This document shows positions 59,754-64,000 of a DNA stretch of 64,000 nucleotides, in pieces. Every line of letters starts with the position of its first letter. Position 1 is the stretch's first letter. The DNA is taken from the NCBI GenBank assembly GCA_964016885.1, contig OZ024761.1, positions 24,366,001-24,430,000 of the forward strand. The letters are read 5' to 3'. A program made the translations under genes and the position numbers. Below the pieces are notes generated by a model that saw only the letters and a list, made by a program, of their open reading frames with translations, made no database searches and was not told the DNA's origin. This stretch comes from Eledone cirrhosa. Its lineage: Eukaryota.

Positions 59754-60469
59754 TATGTATATATATAATGTCTATATAACCGTTAATTTCACGAACAGAC
59801 TATATAATTTCACGAACAGACAATATAATGCATCATAAAATGAAAATCCTTCCCCACTGCCGACTACCAATGATGAGTCGCCCCCTGGCCTATAACTATG
59901 GCACCTTACCACAGACGACACACTGTGGGGTCGAATGAAGCCGGGAATCCTTAGATTTTCCAATTCCAAGTGAACTTCTTAACTTTTCGACTATGATGCG
60001 TACATTGAGTTGCTTTAGTTTAATGGGACATTTAGATATATTTACAAATGTCGGAATTGCCAGGAATACGAAAATTTCAACCGTCACTGCACATTTCCAA
60101 TCAAACCAATACCATCGATATTCTGTATTGCCAAATTTCCAAGCATGTCTCCTCTAAACGTGCCAACATATGGCGCCGCTGACCACTCAACTATGATGAA
60201 TGGAACCGATCCGAAAAGTTCTAACTTTTCTTCATTTTTTTTTTACCTTTATTTCCATTTCTTTTCTCTCGAGGAATTCTTATATTACTGAATGTTCAAA
60301 TTCGGGTTAGACATTAGAGTCCTACTCTCCTACGTTTACAGGTTTAGATAAACGCATAGAAGCACGTATACATACTATCACAGGGCTCACATATACACCA
60401 GCATACATACGTACATACGTACGTACATAGATACGGACGTATGAATGTGTGCATGTATGCATGAATGTA

Positions 60470-60521
60470 CGTATGTATATATATATATATATGCATACGT
60501 TTATATATATATGCATACGTT

Positions 60522-60565
<44 letters not shown>

Positions 60566-61470
60566 AATGTATGTATATATATATACATATACATATATAT
60601 GTATATACATATACATATATATGTATATACATATACATATATATGTATATACATATACATATATATATATATATACATATGTATGTATATATATATACAT
60701 ATGTATGTATATATATATACATATATACATATATATATATACATATATATACATATGTATGTATATATATATATATATATGATTACGTTTATATATATAT
60801 ACACACACATATATATATATATATGATTACGTTTATATATATATACACACATATATATATATATATAAATACGTTTATATATATATATACACGCATATAT
60901 ATATATAAATACGTTTATATATATATATACACGCATATATATATATATATATCTTCCGTCACTTTCGATTTGACGTAGTTTTATCACCTTAACTCGTTTC
61001 CATAGCAACAAATCCATCCATTATGAGATAATGTAATATGCTGCTGGTAGGTGGCGCTAGATGAGGTGGGGGCGAGTGGTCTGTCTGCTTCTAATATTGG
61101 CAATTCTCATCTGAAGATGCTACACAGATAATCTCTCTTACTACTCCCCTCCGGGGACTGATTCTAGATTAAGGAGCCTACGTACAGATACACACGCACA
61201 CATATTCACACGCACGCTTGTACACACACATATATATATATATGTATATGTATATGCATGTATATGTGTATATACATGTATATGTGTATATATATGTATA
61301 TGTGTATGTATATGTGTATATATATGTATATGTGTATATATATGTATATGTGTATATATATGTATATGTGTATATATATGTATATGTGTATATATATGTA
61401 TATGTGTATATATATGTATATGTGTATGTATATGTGTATATATATGTATGTATGTATATGTATATATATA
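60470..61470. repeat. (TA)/(CATA)/(TATG) microsatellites
   Basis: Directly visible; complex island at about 60950-61200. Confidence 0.9.
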
Positions 61471-61580
61471 CGTATACAACATATTACATTAAATCACACA
61501 CTTTCTCCCTCTTTCCCGTTTAATGTATGTATGTATATATATATTTATATATAAGGGGGAGAATTATGGTAACACTTGAA

Positions 61581-61616
<36 letters not shown>

Positions 61617-61688
61617 ACGCACACGCACACACACACACACGCGTTTACGTGGCTACGTGTGTATGTTTGCGTTAGTGGTACAAAATGT

Positions 61689-62170
61689 CTAAGAATTGAC
61701 AAATATATATCAGTACTGGTGTCGACATTTTCCATTAAATCTTGTAAGGCACTACTCCAGCATGGGCGCTGCTTAATGACTAAGAATTGACAAATATATA
61801 TCAGTACTGGTGTCGACATTTTCCATTAAATCTTGTAAGGCACTACTCCAGCATGGGCGCTGCTTAATGACTAAGCATTGACAAATATATATCAGTACTG
61901 GTGTCGACATTTTCCATTAAATCCTGTAAGGCACTACTCCAGCATGGCCGCTGCTTGAAAATATACTGGCGTTGGTATGTTCCACGAAACGTTTACAGCA
62001 TGGCTCCAGTTTAATAACTAAAACTTGAAATAAGTAGTAAATCCTTATGAGATTCTACACCAGCATGGCCAGTGCTTAATGACTAAAGCTTAAAATAAGT
62101 TATAAATACTAGACCCTTATAAGGCAGTAGTAGTCCAGCATGGCCGCAGTTTAGTGACTAAAACCTGAAA
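61689..62170 (+). repeat. Three tandem 91 bp units plus degenerate units, derived from a retroposon tail
   Basis: ctaag.attgac at 61689, 61780 and 61871; ccagcatgg motif recurs up to about 62160. Confidence 0.9.
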
Positions 62171-62924
62171 GACTAAAACCAACTGAAGAATATAAGAATA
62201 AAAATAATAAACGAATTTAAAAAAAATACAGGAAACGACTGCCTTATCTTTGAATATTACACCTTACGGGCTCTTCAGGTCTTCAGTATCACATTCCTTG
62301 TCCAAATGCCAACCATATTCACGATAATATACACGATAAATAATATAAACTCCCTATAAAATAATCTTTAATTTCTTAGTTTCAGATGACTTACAAACGG
62401 CTTATTATCGGCATTATAATATAATTTACTGGGCTGCAGAGAGAGCAACGAAACTGCTGTCTTTGTTAGAGGGGAAATAACGGTTGTTGTCATTCTTTGT
62501 CTCCCTATAGATCGGCTTAAGATCTAGCAGATCTAATGATCAAAGGAGACGTTTCAGCTATTATCACACACTCAGACCAAGACAAACATACACAGACATA
62601 CTAACACACATACACGCATATACACACGCATATACAATAATACTATCACACACACAATCACACACGCAATCACACACGCACTGACACACCATACACACGC
62701 ATACACACACACACACACACTGGCGCACTCATGCACACAATTACACACGTGCACACACACTTACACACGCGCACATAAATACACACACTCATATACGTAC
62801 ATTCAAGTTTTATTCACATATAAAGTACAACCCACATTTCAACTACTTTATCCAACGTCTCTCGTTCTTTCCCTTTTATTAAACCACTAAAGTGTCATTT
62901 TTGTTGATACAAGTCTGGCTGTCT

Positions 62925-63390
62925 GGTTAAGGTGTTTGACGGGTTGACTGGGTGTTTGACTGGTGTTTGACGGGTTGACTGGGTGTTTGACTGGTTGTTT
63001 GACGGGTGGTGATGAGTGACGGGTTGCTTGACTGGTTGGTAAACTGGTATTTGACTGGTTTGACGGGTGTTTGAAGGTTGTTTGACTGGTGTTTCACTGG
63101 TTGTTTGACTGGTGTTTGACTGGTGGTGATGATTGACGGGTTGCTTGACTGATGTTTGACTAGTGTTTGACTGGTTGTTTGACTGGTGTGTGACGGGTGT
63201 TTGACGGGTGTTGACATGTATTTGACTGGTGTTTTACTGGTTGTTTGACGGTTGTTTGACTGGAATTTGACGGGTGTTTTACTGGTATTTGACGTGGGTT
63301 TGACGGTTATTTGACTGGAATTTGAGTCGTGTTTGACTGGTTGTTTGATTGGTGTTTGACTAGTATTTGACGGGTGTTTGATTGGTATCA
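62925..63390. repeat. ggtgtttgac(t/g) minisatellite of 11-12 bp
   Basis: Directly visible. Confidence 0.9.
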
Positions 63391-63546
63391 GTTGTGGTGG
63401 TATGGTGGAGGCGGTGGTTATTTGTGGCGGTGGTGGGGTCAGTAGTCAGTTGTGGTGGTGACGGTGGTGGTAATGGCGTCCTAGTTGACAGTGCTAGACA
63501 CAACTGCAACATATTATATCTAATATAAACACAATATATTATGTCA

Positions 63547-63738
63547 GGTGGTGGATTGGCAGTATCGGTAGATGGTCGGACGACATGCTTTGACGCAGAG
63601 TTACGGTCCTTGCCATTCTGAATTCAAATCCCGGCGAGGTTAACTTTGCCTTTCATCCTTACAGGGTCGATGAAATAAAGTACCAGTAATATACTGGGTA
63701 ATTGCTGGCCTTGTGCTAAAAGTAGAAACAATTATTAT
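63547..63738 (+). mobile_element. Full-length tRNA-derived SINE
   Basis: A-box tggcagtatcgg, B-box-like gaattcaaatcc, body and tail. Confidence 0.92.
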
Positions 63739-63811
63739 GGGATATGAAAAAGGATATTACAATGTAATGGAAACATAACAATCTGTGTGATCCTCTCCCT
63801 TTACGCACACG

Positions 63812-63917
<106 letters not shown>

Positions 63918-64000
63918 TGTACACACACACACAGATGTACACACACACATATATATTTAGATATACACACATAGATGTACACAGCTGTACACATATACAC

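Noticed and set aside
62250-62280. Hammerhead-like CTGAAGA-gcc(cgtaa)ggt-GTAA on the minus strand
   Set aside because: The GAAA core is broken and there is no convincing stem I; at best a relic.

Overview
Eukaryotic, extremely repeat-rich DNA that is most likely intergenic or intronic. The SINE/LINE repertoire and microsatellite load resemble an octopod cephalopod; this is my recognition, not a database result. I find no well-supported host protein-coding gene, and almost all entries in the ORF track are microsatellite artefacts. The real coding remnants are all retroelements: a decayed Penelope-like element (RT plus GIY-YIG endonuclease, 23240-24790, minus strand), several RTE-type fragments, Tx1/L1-like tails and an RLE-LINE C-terminus. 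The window also holds about 16 tRNA-derived SINE copies and a probable Helentron/DINE-1-like element. The most striking signal is a dense set of type I hammerhead-ribozyme folds: nine complete, one core-mutated inverted copy and several halves, in at least four structural classes. One class has a 95-nt branched stem II with covariation between its two copies. These folds occur alongside repeated fold-back (palindromic) insertions next to (TA)n, consistent with Penelope-like pseudo-LTR/retrozyme activity. All structures were paired by eye and none has been tested for activity.
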